Positions 63,710 to 64,000 of a DNA stretch of 64,000 nt are shown here, piece after piece. Positions within the stretch are counted from its first letter, which is position 1. Each line of letters opens with the position of its first letter. The stretch is taken from NCBI GenBank assembly GCA_012514745.1, contig JAAYZR010000002.1, positions 40,962 to 104,961 on the forward strand, given 5' to 3'. The position numbers were made by a program, and so were the translations under genes. The notes beneath the pieces were generated by a model. It did not search any database, was not told the DNA's origin, and saw only the letters and a list, made by a program, of their open reading frames with translations. Source of the stretch: Candidatus Undivivens industriae. Its GTDB lineage: Bacteria; Omnitrophota; Gorgyraeia; Gygaellales; Profunditerraquicolaceae.

Positions 63710-64000
63710 TCTGGAGGGTCGCGACCGCGATACCATCGTTTCCACGGGGATGGATTTCTCCGAGAAGGACCGCTCGGGAAGCTTCCTGCAGCAGGACTCG
63801 GGGCTGATGTTCGCCCGGTCACTTTCAGACGGCCTGGAGATAATGGAGATCAAGGAAGCATTGGAAAAAGACCCGGAGGCCGCCGGTTATTTCGGCGCTA
63901 ATTTCCGTTCCACAGGCAGGGATTTCGACAGAGAGACTGAAGGCGGATATTTCATCCGGGTCAAGCGCGGCCATACGATAGAATTCCCGGTGCAGGCCTG
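63684..64000 (+). CDS. SufB/SufD (SmsB-like) Fe-S scaffold protein, partial
   Basis: MTEHNRQ...RSGSFLQQD...GYFIRVKRG...FPVQA runs off the right edge; overlaps the sufC-like stop. Confidence 0.75.
   Translation, partial: MTEHNRQDNLEGRDRDTIVSTGMDFSEKDRSGSFLQQDSGLMFARSLSDGLEIMEIKEALEKDPEAAGYFGANFRSTGRDFDRETEGGYFIRVKRGHTIEFPVQA

Noticed and set aside
1-64000. CRISPR array, rRNA, transposase, prophage
   Set aside because: No regularly spaced direct repeats, rRNA-like sequence or mobile-element proteins were seen.

Overview
A GC-rich, gene-dense bacterial chromosomal window with almost all genes on the + strand. The diderm envelope genes (bamD, lptE, lnt, murJ, lipid A acyltransferase), type IV pilins, B12-radical SAM enzymes and SufBC-type Fe-S genes suggest an anaerobe of the PVC group, perhaps Omnitrophota; this is inference from gene style only. 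The housekeeping backbone is rlmN, tRNA-Leu(CAA), tRNA-Ala(GGC), ilvB, nfo, leuS, comEA/comEC, bamD-lptE-holA, rpsT, murJ, uvrC, prfB (with its +1 frameshift), secA, lnt, bioY, trpB2, a P-type ATPase and sufC/sufB-like genes. Four accessory blocks stand out. (1) At 0.2-6.9 kb is an extended 'DHAP-shunt'-like nucleoside catabolic operon: amidohydrolase, phosphorylase, divergent MtnA, a class II aldolase fused to an SCP2 lipid-binding domain, aldehyde dehydrogenase and acyl-CoA ligase. (2) At 8.7-13.2 kb is a type IV pilin locus with a 32-cysteine secreted protein, three proteins that appear to share a C-terminal beta-sandwich, and a decayed duplicate of one gene's 3' end. (3) At 14.4-20.2 kb is a TetR-TolC-MFP-RND system whose RND lacks the proton-relay residues and whose adaptor appears to lack the hairpin. 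(4) At 27.8-36.9 kb is a glyco-modification cluster: GT2, methyltransferase, three B12-radical SAM enzymes, a YdjC deacetylase and a GT-C protein. Smaller signals are an unannotated 26-aa bL37-like peptide, a PilT paralog with a degenerate Walker B, a structured RNA upstream of tRNA-Ala, two probable non-canonical start codons and a probable leaderless bamD. No CRISPR array, integrase or transposase was seen. All family calls come from motif recognition by eye; no database search was run.
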